From a virus (lineage: Duplodnaviria > Caudoviricetes), in IMG/VR virus record IMGVR_UViG_3300025372_000032, positions 1-28,494 of that record: a stretch of 28,494 bases of DNA. The stretch is one strand, 5' to 3'. A model generated the notes under the pieces. That model had not been told where the DNA came from, did not search any database, and worked only from the letters and a program-made list of their open reading frames with translations. The translations under genes were made by a program, and so were the position numbers. Below, piece after piece: positions 6,589 to 15,412 of the stretch. Each line of letters starts with the position of its first letter. Position 1 is the stretch's first letter.

Positions 6589-7898
6589 CCTACTAATTGA
6601 GAAACTTCTGGAAGTACTGCTCTCCAATTTGTATTCCTTGACTTATCGAGGTAGTCCATAAATTTAATAAACTCTTGCAAGGCATTTGGGTCAATTTCTG
6701 TTTCAAGGTTATTTTTTAGATGTGCTACGATCAATTTTGATTTAAGACTAACATTAACAAAGGATCTGTAATACTCTAGCAATTTTAATTTTAAATCCCT
6801 GGGCAAGTGATTTACAGAAAAATGTATAGGACCTTCTAAAAACCTAATATGAAAAGGAATACCTAATCGTCTACAGAATTCCTCACTCTTAATTATATCA
6901 TAAGCTGTCAAGGTTTGAAAACACGAAGTTATAGAATCAAATACAACATTAGGATTTCTTAAGGTATGTTTTTTTAAAGTTTTTACATTTTCTACAAACT
7001 TTTCCCACTTTCCGCCGAACCTTATTAGTTCATATTGATCCCTAGTAGCATCCATGCTTACTCTAACTATAACACTTTTAAAGTTAGACCACTGATCTAT
7101 AATTTTGTTATTAAGGGCAGATAGATTTGTATCATACTCTAGTACAACGTTTTTAGAATAACCACTTGTTGATAATTTTTCCAGCATCTCGAAATGTGCA
7201 GGAGTTACCATAGGTTCACCGCCGGTGATGTAGATATGTCGAAGCCCTGGCATCAGCTGGTTAAACTTTTCCCACCAGATGGGATTTTCATACCAATACA
7301 TTTCAGGTGGAGACATCCACTTGTCTGTTTTTATATTTTTTACAAGTTTTATTTCATTCATCAATCCAAATGAATTGGTATTGTAATATTCAGTGTACTC
7401 ATCGTACCATAGGTTGCTAAAATGCGGGCCGCACATTATACATTTTTGATTACATAAGTTACCAAAGCGTATATCTAAACTACTAGGTAACCAATCAACC
7501 GAACCGTCGTCTGCAATCTTGTTGGTGTAATCTTCTTCAGTAACATGTTCAGAATTGATTAACGTCATCAATCTCACTCTACGACTTGTGTTAACATGAT
7601 TACGATTGTAGTCTGTTATTATTTCTCTATTCTCACAACATTCGCAATGAGGACTCCATTGATCAGGAGACTTTACATTTAATCTTCTAACTTCTCTATG
7701 CTTATCGCTGTTTATAATGTCACGTAAATCGTGTGTTAAGATGTGCATTAGATTGCCGTCTCTGTCTCGACAACGTTGCATATCTAACTCATCAACGCTA
7801 TTTGTACCTAATGAACATAGTCGTATATATCCGTCGGGTAATATGTGTAACCCATCCCATACGGTTTTACAAAATGTATTACGAGGAGGTACACTCAT
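6585..7898 (-). CDS. Radical SAM protein with N-terminal SPASM/twitch-like Cys domain
   Basis: CNQKCIMC (CxxxCxxC), ITGGEP, YDTN, VSMDA; N-terminal C...PDG...LC...CECC. Confidence 0.9.
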   Translation of the reverse strand: MSVPPRNTFCKTVWDGLHILPDGYIRLCSLGTNSVDELDMQRCRDRDGNLMHILTHDLRDIINSDKHREVRRLNVKSPDQWSPHCECCENREIITDYNRNHVNTSRRVRLMTLINSEHVTEEDYTNKIADDGSVDWLPSSLDIRFGNLCNQKCIMCGPHFSNLWYDEYTEYYNTNSFGLMNEIKLVKNIKTDKWMSPPEMYWYENPIWWEKFNQLMPGLRHIYITGGEPMVTPAHFEMLEKLSTSGYSKNVVLEYDTNLSALNNKIIDQWSNFKSVIVRVSMDATRDQYELIRFGGKWEKFVENVKTLKKHTLRNPNVVFDSITSCFQTLTAYDIIKSEEFCRRLGIPFHIRFLEGPIHFSVNHLPRDLKLKLLEYYRSFVNVSLKSKLIVAHLKNNLETEIDPNALQEFIKFMDYLDKSRNTNWRAVLPEVSQLVG

Positions 7899-8440
7899 TT
7901 ATTATTTTGTCTTAATGCATCTTTAATTCTATCAAATGGTGTTCCTACCCATTGCCATGTAATGAATCTTCTAACACCACTATTGGGACTATTGACACTA
8001 TGAATTTTAGAAACGTCTAACAAATATAAATCATTTTGTTGTGCAGTAAATTCTGCAACCTTTTCTACCTGATCTAAAGAATATATGTTGGCTTCTTTTT
8101 TCCCAGGATGGTTAAATCCGTATGCGTTTTCTTTTTTCTTATAAAAGTAAGTAGTAGAATTATTAGTTTCTAAATAATAATTTGCACAGGCACTGATATT
8201 ATGATCGATATGTGGTAGTAAATGACCTTCGCCATGTATCTCTGCTAATTGAACTTGTAGAGGCGGGATACCAGAAAACATTTCTTTCGGTAGTAAACTA
8301 TTAAAGTACGCAAGATCTTTTAATCTATAGTATGTAAGAACGGGCTTAGGAGCTCTTCCATATACAACAACCACAGGCCCTTTAAGTCTTTCAAAATCTA
8401 CATTGTTGTCGTCTAATAAAAAATCAATTTTTTGAAACAT
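7895..8440 (-). CDS. Cupin / 2OG-Fe(II) oxygenase-like protein
   Basis: LLPHID...ANYY...LLDVSKIHSV...R. Confidence 0.65.
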   Translation of the reverse strand: MFQKIDFLLDDNNVDFERLKGPVVVVYGRAPKPVLTYYRLKDLAYFNSLLPKEMFSGIPPLQVQLAEIHGEGHLLPHIDHNISACANYYLETNNSTTYFYKKKENAYGFNHPGKKEANIYSLDQVEKVAEFTAQQNDLYLLDVSKIHSVNSPNSGVRRFITWQWVGTPFDRIKDALRQNNK

Positions 8441-9032
8441 CTATATCTGTTCTTTCGATTAAAAAATCTCTGTCTTTCATCCACTCGGTTATATCTTTCC
8501 AATACATTCTTTCTATCATTCCTGCCCTTGCAGAAATACACCATCTAGCCTGATTATTCATTATAACCGTATGGGGAATTCCCACTCTAACCATAGTTAA
8601 CTTATTTTCAGCAAGAATATGTCTATCAATTTCTTCTAATGTATTGATGGGCCAATTATAATAAATTGTGCCTGCACCTCCTGGAGTAGGGGCACGATTT
8701 TGAATAAGAGGAGTCTTATACCAAGTCATGGGGGCATCTTGACCTCCTACTACCATGTTAAGACCGAAGGTAGAAATTTTAATAGGATGATTTCTATGAA
8801 TGTCTAAATGTGCATTATGTGTATTGTGGCCCGGCTCTCTATAAAAGACTATTGATTCTGTTATTACCAATCCTCTTTTAGCTAAGTCTTGTATCCATTC
8901 TTTGCTAAAGATTTCAAATGCTTTAAAAGACCAGACACCAAATTCTTTACCTTCTACATCTGGATATTTCCACTCAGGATTAATTGCATTATCGCAAGGA
9001 ATGTTTAGTTCGTACCAACATGGTTCTTTCAT
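8424..9032 (-). CDS. Cupin / 2OG-Fe(II) oxygenase-like protein
   Basis: AHLD...GLNMV...VRVGIPHTV...RWCISAR; tandem paralogue of 9034..9612. Confidence 0.65.
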   Translation of the reverse strand: MKEPCWYELNIPCDNAINPEWKYPDVEGKEFGVWSFKAFEIFSKEWIQDLAKRGLVITESIVFYREPGHNTHNAHLDIHRNHPIKISTFGLNMVVGGQDAPMTWYKTPLIQNRAPTPGGAGTIYYNWPINTLEEIDRHILAENKLTMVRVGIPHTVIMNNQARWCISARAGMIERMYWKDITEWMKDRDFLIERTDIDVSKN

Positions 9033-9033
9033 A

Positions 9034-9612
9034 TTATCTTTCCACTAATAAATTTTTTGAACGGAACAAATTAGCAACTTCGTCCCAAGGAATATCTTCA
9101 CTTATATGAGTTCTTGCAGAAATACACCATCTTGGATCTGACCCCATTGTAATAGCATGTGGAAGATTTGTTCTAACCAACGTTACCTGATCCTGGATTC
9201 TGCAGGATTCTATGTATTTTATTTCATCAAATTTATAGGTTAGGTATGGAGAACTAGAATCAACATCTTTAAATACTCCTTCTTCTGTAGGAAGTGTATA
9301 CCAATGCATACTGCTTTCCTTTCCTCCTACTACCCAATTGATTGCAAAGTTAACTTTTTTAAGATCTTTTATATGCGTATCAACGTGAGCTACTTTAGAA
9401 GTAGTAAATGGCGCTCTATAAAATACAAGAGCATGTTTTATATTAAGTCCTAAATTTGAAACATAGTTTAACCACTCAGGAGTAAACATAGTAGTTGATT
9501 CAACTGACCATATACCATAATCTCCAGTAGGGGTAGGAAAACTCCATTCAGGATTTAATGAATTAGCCGTTTCAATTTTTAATCTATAATAGCATATTTC
9601 ATTCACGGACAT
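9034..9612 (-). CDS. Cupin / 2OG-Fe(II) oxygenase-like protein
   Basis: AHVD...AINWV...VRTNLPHAI...RWCISAR. Confidence 0.65.
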   Translation of the reverse strand: MSVNEICYYRLKIETANSLNPEWSFPTPTGDYGIWSVESTTMFTPEWLNYVSNLGLNIKHALVFYRAPFTTSKVAHVDTHIKDLKKVNFAINWVVGGKESSMHWYTLPTEEGVFKDVDSSSPYLTYKFDEIKYIESCRIQDQVTLVRTNLPHAITMGSDPRWCISARTHISEDIPWDEVANLFRSKNLLVER

Positions 9613-10237
9613 ATCCTAGTTCGATCATCTTGTCTCGGCATTGTGTGTAAGGCCATTTTTGTATAGGATGAAAATTCCAACCAAACGCTATACGAGTTTT
9701 GTCAGATGTATTTCTAACACCATGCCATTCGTGTACATTTGTTAAGTATGCATTATCATAGATTGCATATTTGTATATAGGTTGTGGATGTACTGATTGA
9801 CTTTGTCTATTAGGACTATCTATTTTAGGTAGTTCATAGTACTCGGAATAACATTCTGGACTACACCCCTCGATAGGAATATAGATAGCCTGTGCTCTCC
9901 ATGATCTATCGATATGCGGATGCATAGTTGCTCCTGGAGGTAATTTGGTAATAACTGCATCTTTTGCCATAAAAGGTAGCATAGGTTCAAAGTGTTGTTT
10001 CCATAAAGGATCATCGGCACACTCGGGTACAGAGAACCCATAATTTTTATGGTTTATATCCTTGCCTTTTGTTGGTTCCCATTTTTCATTTGGCCACCAT
10101 AATGCAACGGTTGCTGTTCCATCATAAGTATCTGGCATGTGAGGTGCAAACCATTTATAATAAAGTTGCCTAAATGCATCTAATTGTTCTTCTGTAAAAC
10201 AGCATTTTGCATATAAATCTCGTGCTGGTAAAGTCAT
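9599..10237 (-). CDS. 2OG-Fe(II) oxygenase-like protein
   Basis: LPPGATMHPHID...IYIPI...WHGVRNTSDKTRIAF. Confidence 0.7.
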   Translation of the reverse strand: MTLPARDLYAKCCFTEEQLDAFRQLYYKWFAPHMPDTYDGTATVALWWPNEKWEPTKGKDINHKNYGFSVPECADDPLWKQHFEPMLPFMAKDAVITKLPPGATMHPHIDRSWRAQAIYIPIEGCSPECYSEYYELPKIDSPNRQSQSVHPQPIYKYAIYDNAYLTNVHEWHGVRNTSDKTRIAFGWNFHPIQKWPYTQCRDKMIELGYVRE

Positions 10238-10692
10238 ACTAACATTTTTCCTACAATAACATCTTCGTCTGCGTATCCCATACGATGTAAAATTGGCCTA
10301 AAGTCAGGTTCTCCTTTAACATGCCAGGTAATCTTATGTGCGTACTTACGCATTTCTTGCTCAGAATATTTAATTAATTTAATTCCGGTCATGCCCGCAC
10401 GTTGGTCCTTGCGTAAGAATAACACATCGTTAGATGCAACAATAGTTTCTTTATAATGAATATGTGGTTTAACAAACCAGGCACTATAACCTAACAAAGA
10501 TCCGTCTTCGCTGTCCCGTGCAGTAAGTAGATAGAAATTATTTGTTTTTTCCATCTTATCATATAGCTCCCAATCAGGGGCAAGTTTAATTTTATCTTTG
10601 TGCAATGTTAATTCTTCATAATGATCAATTAGCATTGGTTCCATTTCTGGTTTAACCATTAGCACTGGTTCGCAATTAAATATTAACGCCAT
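10234..10692 (-). CDS. GNAT-family acetyltransferase-like protein
   Basis: LLGYSAWFV...DVLFLRKDQRAGMTGIKLIKYSE (motif A-like)...RMGY; start moved to MALIF behind an AGAGGA RBS. Confidence 0.7.
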   Translation of the reverse strand: MALIFNCEPVLMVKPEMEPMLIDHYEELTLHKDKIKLAPDWELYDKMEKTNNFYLLTARDSEDGSLLGYSAWFVKPHIHYKETIVASNDVLFLRKDQRAGMTGIKLIKYSEQEMRKYAHKITWHVKGEPDFRPILHRMGYADEDVIVGKMLV

Positions 10693-11638
10693 AATATCCT
10701 CTATTCCAATGTATATCAATCCACACAGCTTTGTTTTTAAATCTGTCTTCGTCCGTCCTATAGTGTCTCCAGGAAGGCATTTTTATTTTTTCTTTGGTGT
10801 AAAAATCGTCTTTAGTAAATGTATATAATTGATCTTTTAGTGGTTGTTTGAATTTTCTAAAATCATAACCTTCCCACTTTATTTCTGCCGGAGTTGATAC
10901 AGCATAGTTATTCCAATCTGGTCCCATGCCAAAGTGAAAAAGGTTATGCCCTAGAACCATGCGCTTTACTTCTAAAAGCCACATCAGTTCTTCGCTTTGA
11001 TAATTTAACGTATAATCCAGCCACCAAAATAAATCTTTAACATTTTCAAGTTTCCTAGGACATGCATTGACTGATTTCATGTACATATCTTTAGAATACG
11101 CATTTAATGGTTTTAAAAATCGATCAATAGATTCTTCTAACTTTTCCCGGGGCATGGCAGAATAATTGTTAGAACCGAAAACAGGATCTAACAAGTGACC
11201 AGTAACTACAATTCCATCTAAAATTGCTTTTCTTAATGGATCGTCATTGTAGAAATTCATTTCAGTTGTTGCTAGTTTATCTTCTATGTATTTTTTATAA
11301 AAATCCGGATACTCTTGTTTGCTATGATTATCCATCATTACAACTAATTGATCTGCAGGAGCATATTTTAACATCTCAGATAACACTAGCGTAGAGTCAA
11401 TGCCACCACTCCATGTGACATATATTTTTCTAGAACCTGCTTTGGCTATAATGTTAGTAGCACTATTATAACACAATTCATCTATAGACTTAGGTGTATC
11501 AACTAGCTCGCCAATTGGTGTTATACACTCGATTTGAGGAATATCAATCATTGATCGAGATCTGTCAAAGACATTATACATATGAGTAGGAGCAACCATC
11601 ATAGGTGTGTATCCCGCATGGTGGTAGAATTTTCTCAT
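10676..11638 (-). CDS. Adenine-nucleotide alpha-hydrolase / asparagine-synthetase-like PP-loop ATPase domain protein
   Basis: IYVTWSGGIDST PP-loop; IVVTGHLLDPVFG (cf. TGxGxDxxFG); no glutaminase domain. Confidence 0.75.
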   Translation of the reverse strand: MRKFYHHAGYTPMMVAPTHMYNVFDRSRSMIDIPQIECITPIGELVDTPKSIDELCYNSATNIIAKAGSRKIYVTWSGGIDSTLVLSEMLKYAPADQLVVMMDNHSKQEYPDFYKKYIEDKLATTEMNFYNDDPLRKAILDGIVVTGHLLDPVFGSNNYSAMPREKLEESIDRFLKPLNAYSKDMYMKSVNACPRKLENVKDLFWWLDYTLNYQSEELMWLLEVKRMVLGHNLFHFGMGPDWNNYAVSTPAEIKWEGYDFRKFKQPLKDQLYTFTKDDFYTKEKIKMPSWRHYRTDEDRFKNKAVWIDIHWNRGYYGVNI

Positions 11639-11639
11639 A

Positions 11640-11840
11640 TTAAAAGTATATCCCTAACTTTGCTAAATTTTCTTTTATTTTTTCTGGAGATTGTAAAGGG
11701 ACTTCTTGAACCACAAGTTGTGGCGGACGCCATGCTGGGTACACTAAGATTATATTGTATGTCTCAATAGCTTCTGCACCGACATGCAAATTATATCTTT
11801 TATCTTCTTCTTCTAGATCAAGTAGTTGCTGATTTATCAT
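11640..11840 (-). CDS. Small hypothetical protein
   Basis: Fills the gap within the operon; ATG start at MINQQ inferred. Confidence 0.6.
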   Translation of the reverse strand: MINQQLLDLEEEDKRYNLHVGAEAIETYNIILVYPAWRPPQLVVQEVPLQSPEKIKENLAKLGIYF

Positions 11841-12573
11841 TTTTACCAATTAAATTTATTAAAATTGCACCAAGGTCAAAATAATAAAATTTGGTACCCC
11901 AGTCCATTAGTTTGGGTTTATTGTGATGTTCTTTGTGTAACCATTCACCCCCCATTGGTATTATAAACTCTAAAAGCCACAGATTCCTAGCGGCGTTTTG
12001 CCGATCATCATTTTCTTCTAATTTACCGTGTGCAAAAATTGTATGTAACCCGCTGGTAACTAGATATGTAGATGTAGGTAATGCCCATAAAAATAAAAAG
12101 GCATTGTAATTTATAGCAAGCAAAATAATAGCAACACCTAGTGCAATTGTTAAAGAATGGTTTAAGAACAATGTATGCATAGGATCACGCATCATTCTTA
12201 ATTCATTTTTAGTGGCAATTACACCTTCTCTTTCTTTGAATCTTAGAAAGTGTTTGATGTTAGGATCGTATGTATCTTTTTCAGTATCACTAAATTTATG
12301 ATGATTGATGTGTACACTACTCCAATGAACTGGCGCCGCATTGAGAGTTGCACATCCTACTAGACCAAAAAACCAATGCCAGAATTTAGAACAAACAAAT
12401 GCGTTATGTGTAAACAAACGATGATATCCTACCGTAACGGTAAGTGCAATAGTGATATAAATCAAAAACGATGGTATCAGCCATAAAGGATTTGCATCGG
12501 CAATATATGCCAAGTATGCAATCGGAAATAACATCCAAGCTCCTAATGATCTTTGCCAAACGTATGTCTTCAT
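11818..12573 (-). CDS. Membrane fatty acid desaturase family protein (divergent)
   Basis: His boxes HRLFTH, HINHH, HKEHH; GE motif; hydrophobic helices; start at MKTY by ATGA overlap. Confidence 0.88.
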   Translation of the reverse strand: MKTYVWQRSLGAWMLFPIAYLAYIADANPLWLIPSFLIYITIALTVTVGYHRLFTHNAFVCSKFWHWFFGLVGCATLNAAPVHWSSVHINHHKFSDTEKDTYDPNIKHFLRFKEREGVIATKNELRMMRDPMHTLFLNHSLTIALGVAIILLAINYNAFLFLWALPTSTYLVTSGLHTIFAHGKLEENDDRQNAARNLWLLEFIIPMGGEWLHKEHHNKPKLMDWGTKFYYFDLGAILINLIGKNDKSATT

Positions 12574-13073
12574 AGAAATTTTACTCCATAGCAATCATCC
12601 GAAGCCAGTGGCTTTGCTGTTGCATCTCCTGTTCTTATTCTTATCTGTGTTGGACCCGTAAATGTTTTACCGTTAACAACTAAATTTCCACGAACTAAAA
12701 AGATATTGCTGTTGTTGGGTATAATAGTTTCTTCACCTGCTTTAAATATTGCACTTTCTAGAGTAGGCAATCCGTCTTTATTATATTGATGAGGAATACA
12801 TAACCATTCTGTAGCAACTGGGAAATTTAATTGTAAGTTACCGCCTGAACTCGCATTTGCACCAGTATGTTCTGAATTTAACCAACCGGGTGTTCGATCA
12901 TCTAATTGTTCGCCAGTTTCTAATACGTGGACTTTGGCTACACCGTCAGTATAGAAATACCAGCCTGTTTTTACTAGACCATTTTCGGCAATAGGAACCA
13001 CGCGACTATCGCCTGCGTTTGTCTGTGCAAGAATAACAATTTTTCCAAATGCTGCAAACGGAGTAAATTTCAT
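12570..13073 (-). CDS. Hypothetical protein, possible cupin-like beta fold
   Basis: Beta-strand-rich pattern (FLVRGNLVVNGKTFTGP); ATGA-coupled on both sides. Confidence 0.55.
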   Translation of the reverse strand: MKFTPFAAFGKIVILAQTNAGDSRVVPIAENGLVKTGWYFYTDGVAKVHVLETGEQLDDRTPGWLNSEHTGANASSGGNLQLNFPVATEWLCIPHQYNKDGLPTLESAIFKAGEETIIPNNSNIFLVRGNLVVNGKTFTGPTQIRIRTGDATAKPLASDDCYGVKFL

Positions 13074-13564
13074 ACGGTACCTTCCGCCATTTCTTGTAAT
13101 ACTTGTTGAATCAACATTTTTAATTTGATCACATTTTGTTCTTGTGGTGATACTACCTCTTCAGGAGATGAACTTCCTGAAGGAGTTGAAGGAACTACAA
13201 TCTGTCTAGGCATCTGAACCTGTTCTAGTGCAGGGCCTTGATCTCCAGGTACAGGTGGTTGGAAACTAAATGAATTTACAGGATTAACAGGCATGGGCAC
13301 CAAAGAACTAATGTCGTGTGATGTGTTAACTAAACTAGCAGCCGCATCATGATCTACTTCTGCTGCCTGTGTCTGATTATACCAATATTCTTGAGGTGAT
13401 GCTAATGATAATTTTTCAATAATTTTATCTCTATCGTATAACGTTTCCGGGTCTAGGTGTATGTCTAATTTAATAGAATGATGTACTTCTTTTTCAACTG
13501 GTATATATTCAACGGTGTAAACACCGCTCTTGTAGTTCAAGATATTCATTGTAAACGGTATCAT
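13070..13564 (-). CDS. Hypothetical protein, possible fibre assembly partner of the upstream gene
   Basis: AAGGA RBS before MIPFT; Pro/Ser/Gln-rich linker; function inferred from position only. Confidence 0.55.
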   Translation of the reverse strand: MIPFTMNILNYKSGVYTVEYIPVEKEVHHSIKLDIHLDPETLYDRDKIIEKLSLASPQEYWYNQTQAAEVDHDAAASLVNTSHDISSLVPMPVNPVNSFSFQPPVPGDQGPALEQVQMPRQIVVPSTPSGSSSPEEVVSPQEQNVIKLKMLIQQVLQEMAEGTV

Positions 13565-13575
13565 TATATTCCTTA

Positions 13576-14151
13576 TTAACCATAATAATTTAAAGTACAG
13601 GCATGGTTCCCTGATACAGGATGGGTACCACCGGATGCCCAATTCCATCTGCGAGCTGTTCCAACAACTTGTGTACTAGCCGCAGATCCTCTTAACCCAG
13701 CGGCATCATAATCTGTTAAAGATACGGACTTAAAAGTAAGATCTGTGTTTGCAGGAGCAGATGCAGAACTTAAATGTAGATGCCATGTGTTGGTGCCCGA
13801 ACCAAAGTAAAACCCTTCGATGTTCATAGGACCATTAGGAGTTAAAAATGTAGGGTTATCGATATAACCAAAAGTTTGCCCAACGCCGAGGTTTCCGAAT
13901 CCGTAGTAATATCCTTTTCCGGATACAGCCAATGATCCTACGGTCATTGTAAATCTTAGAGTTTTATTACCCCAAGTGCTGTAAAATTCATGTAGACTAA
14001 TTGTGCTGGCAGTAGGAACAGCATTGTTTGGTGTAATGTTGGGAACATTACTACCGCCTCGATAAAAGCTATTGAACGATACAGGTGTGCCTGTACCAAA
14101 AGCATTTTGTAAGTTTTGAAATGAGATAGGACCCGAAGATGGTGTTGGCAT
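13576..14151 (-). CDS. Putative virion tail-fibre/adhesin-like protein
   Basis: N-terminus P.SGPISF..LQ..FG...PVSF..FYRGG...P...TISL.EFY resembles a common phage fibre-tip attachment module; Gly/Ser/Thr/aromatic-rich C-domain; TAAATA upstream at 14184-14179. Confidence 0.6.
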   Translation of the reverse strand: MPTPSSGPISFQNLQNAFGTGTPVSFNSFYRGGSNVPNITPNNAVPTASTISLHEFYSTWGNKTLRFTMTVGSLAVSGKGYYYGFGNLGVGQTFGYIDNPTFLTPNGPMNIEGFYFGSGTNTWHLHLSSASAPANTDLTFKSVSLTDYDAAGLRGSAASTQVVGTARRWNWASGGTHPVSGNHACTLNYYG

Positions 14152-14211
14152 ATCGTTGCTCGCAAGTTAATTTATAACTATTTAGCAAGCCAACACCTAG
14201 GGGTATTTTGA

Positions 14212-14505
14212 TTATTGAGTGCAGGTACGAGTTACGGTTACCGTACCGTCTGGATTACGAACTTCTGTCCAAGGACTGCAATTTTGCACTGGTGCAGGTT
14301 GTACAACAACTGGTGCTGGTGGAATATATACAGGTTGTTGCTGTACAACAACAGGAGGACGGGCTAATTCATAACCAATTGCGCCACCGATGATTACCGG
14401 TGCGACCCAGCCCCAACCACCACCGCGGCGTTCCCAATGTCCGTGTTGGGCAAATGCTGGAATAGCGGCTAATGTTAATACTGCAACTGCTAGAACTTTT
14501 TTCAT
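14212..14505 (-). CDS. Small secreted/membrane Gly-Pro-rich protein
   Basis: Signal peptide MKKVLAVAVLTLAAIPAFA; GWGW...IIGGAIG hydrophobic segment; PVVVQ repeats; Cys pair; GGAG RBS. Confidence 0.75.
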   Translation of the reverse strand: MKKVLAVAVLTLAAIPAFAQHGHWERRGGGWGWVAPVIIGGAIGYELARPPVVVQQQPVYIPPAPVVVQPAPVQNCSPWTEVRNPDGTVTVTRTCTQ

Positions 14506-14515
14506 AACCATCTCC

Positions 14516-14594
14516 AAAAAAAAAAATGACGGACCCGTTAAGTAGCCTCCGCCTGACCAAAACTAGACCTGCTACGCAAGTATGCTTAACGGGT
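14516..14594 (-). ncRNA. Putative structured small RNA or cis-regulatory leader, family unknown
   Basis: Perfect ACCCGTTAAG/CTTAACGGGT stem, inner GTAGC/GCTAC stem, 11-T tract at the 3' end, starts 5 nt after TAAATA. Confidence 0.55.
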
Positions 14595-14599
14595 GTACT

Positions 14600-14634
14600 T
14601 ATTTAACGCCTTACCTCTCAACATCGTTGACAAG
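14600..14634 (-). promoter_or_regulatory. Putative ECF-sigma-type promoter copy 2, overlapping a TAAATA late-type motif
   Basis: CTTGTCAAC-N16-GCGTTAAATA. Confidence 0.5.
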
Positions 14635-15072
14635 TTTACACACGATTTGGAAGTTTTCGTAGGACTTTTTTACCGCAGGATGCAACATTAATCGAAATGC
14701 TTCTTCTTCCATTGCTTTTACTGCTTCTTCTGCGGCTTCTCGAGCGCTAGGCCATTCTAAAAGCCTAGCTTCTTCTCCAAATACTCGAACTAAATTTTCC
14801 CAAGCATCTTTCTGTTCTTGAGTAATTGGCATTTTTTTTGGACGCAGGTCGCTGGCTTTTTGAAGTATAGAGCTGATAGTATCTTCAGCAATACACCCCG
14901 CGGCAATCAGCGCGGCATAATTTGGTTCCACGTTATAGCGGGTTGATTGGCCGCCGGGGTAACAGACAATAAGGTGACTACCTTTAGGCAGAGCATCCAT
15001 GAGATTGCTGTCATACTCACGAACAGGAACATATTTGCGGCCGATTTTTTCATAGTAAATCTTCTTCGTCAT
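14611..15072 (-). CDS. Hypothetical protein
   Basis: 153-aa ORF in the co-directional array; no recognised motif. Confidence 0.7.
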   Translation of the reverse strand: MTKKIYYEKIGRKYVPVREYDSNLMDALPKGSHLIVCYPGGQSTRYNVEPNYAALIAAGCIAEDTISSILQKASDLRPKKMPITQEQKDAWENLVRVFGEEARLLEWPSAREAAEEAVKAMEEEAFRLMLHPAVKKSYENFQIVCKLVNDVER

Positions 15073-15364
15073 TTGTTAATCCGTTGCTGTGTCGGTCTGT
15101 GGTTTTTTCAACATCTTGGAAAAGGCGTCTTTCTTGCTGTGTAAGTTTATCTTTGTGCGTCTTGCGAGGGTTACCGCATAGATAACATTCTGGATTACCG
15201 CAATCCATAGCATGGTGTTTTGCTAGTCTATGTGGTTCTTTTTCATCACGACTTTTGTAACCCGAAATTCCATGTTGTTTAGCAATCTTTAATTGTTTCT
15301 TGATAGCATTTTCATCTTTTTGACGACGACGTGAATTTAAATATTTTGCCAATTCATTAGCCAT
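15050..15364 (-). CDS. Basic hypothetical protein with putative Zn-binding Cys/His motif
   Basis: HHAMDCGNPECYLCGNPR; AAGGAG RBS. Confidence 0.7.
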   Translation of the reverse strand: MANELAKYLNSRRRQKDENAIKKQLKIAKQHGISGYKSRDEKEPHRLAKHHAMDCGNPECYLCGNPRKTHKDKLTQQERRLFQDVEKTTDRHSNGLTNDEEDLL

Positions 15365-15383
15365 TTGCTATCTCCTTGCTTAT

Positions 15384-15412
15384 AGTATAACAGCGTTATT
15401 TGATTTTGTCAA
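15384..15412 (-). promoter_or_regulatory. sigma70 promoter
   Basis: TTGACA (15412-15407), 17 nt, TATACT (15389-15384). Confidence 0.75.

Noticed and set aside
6280-6600. 106-aa plus-strand ORF
   Set aside because: It is antisense to the tmRNA gene, has a TTG start and opposes the uniform minus-strand layout
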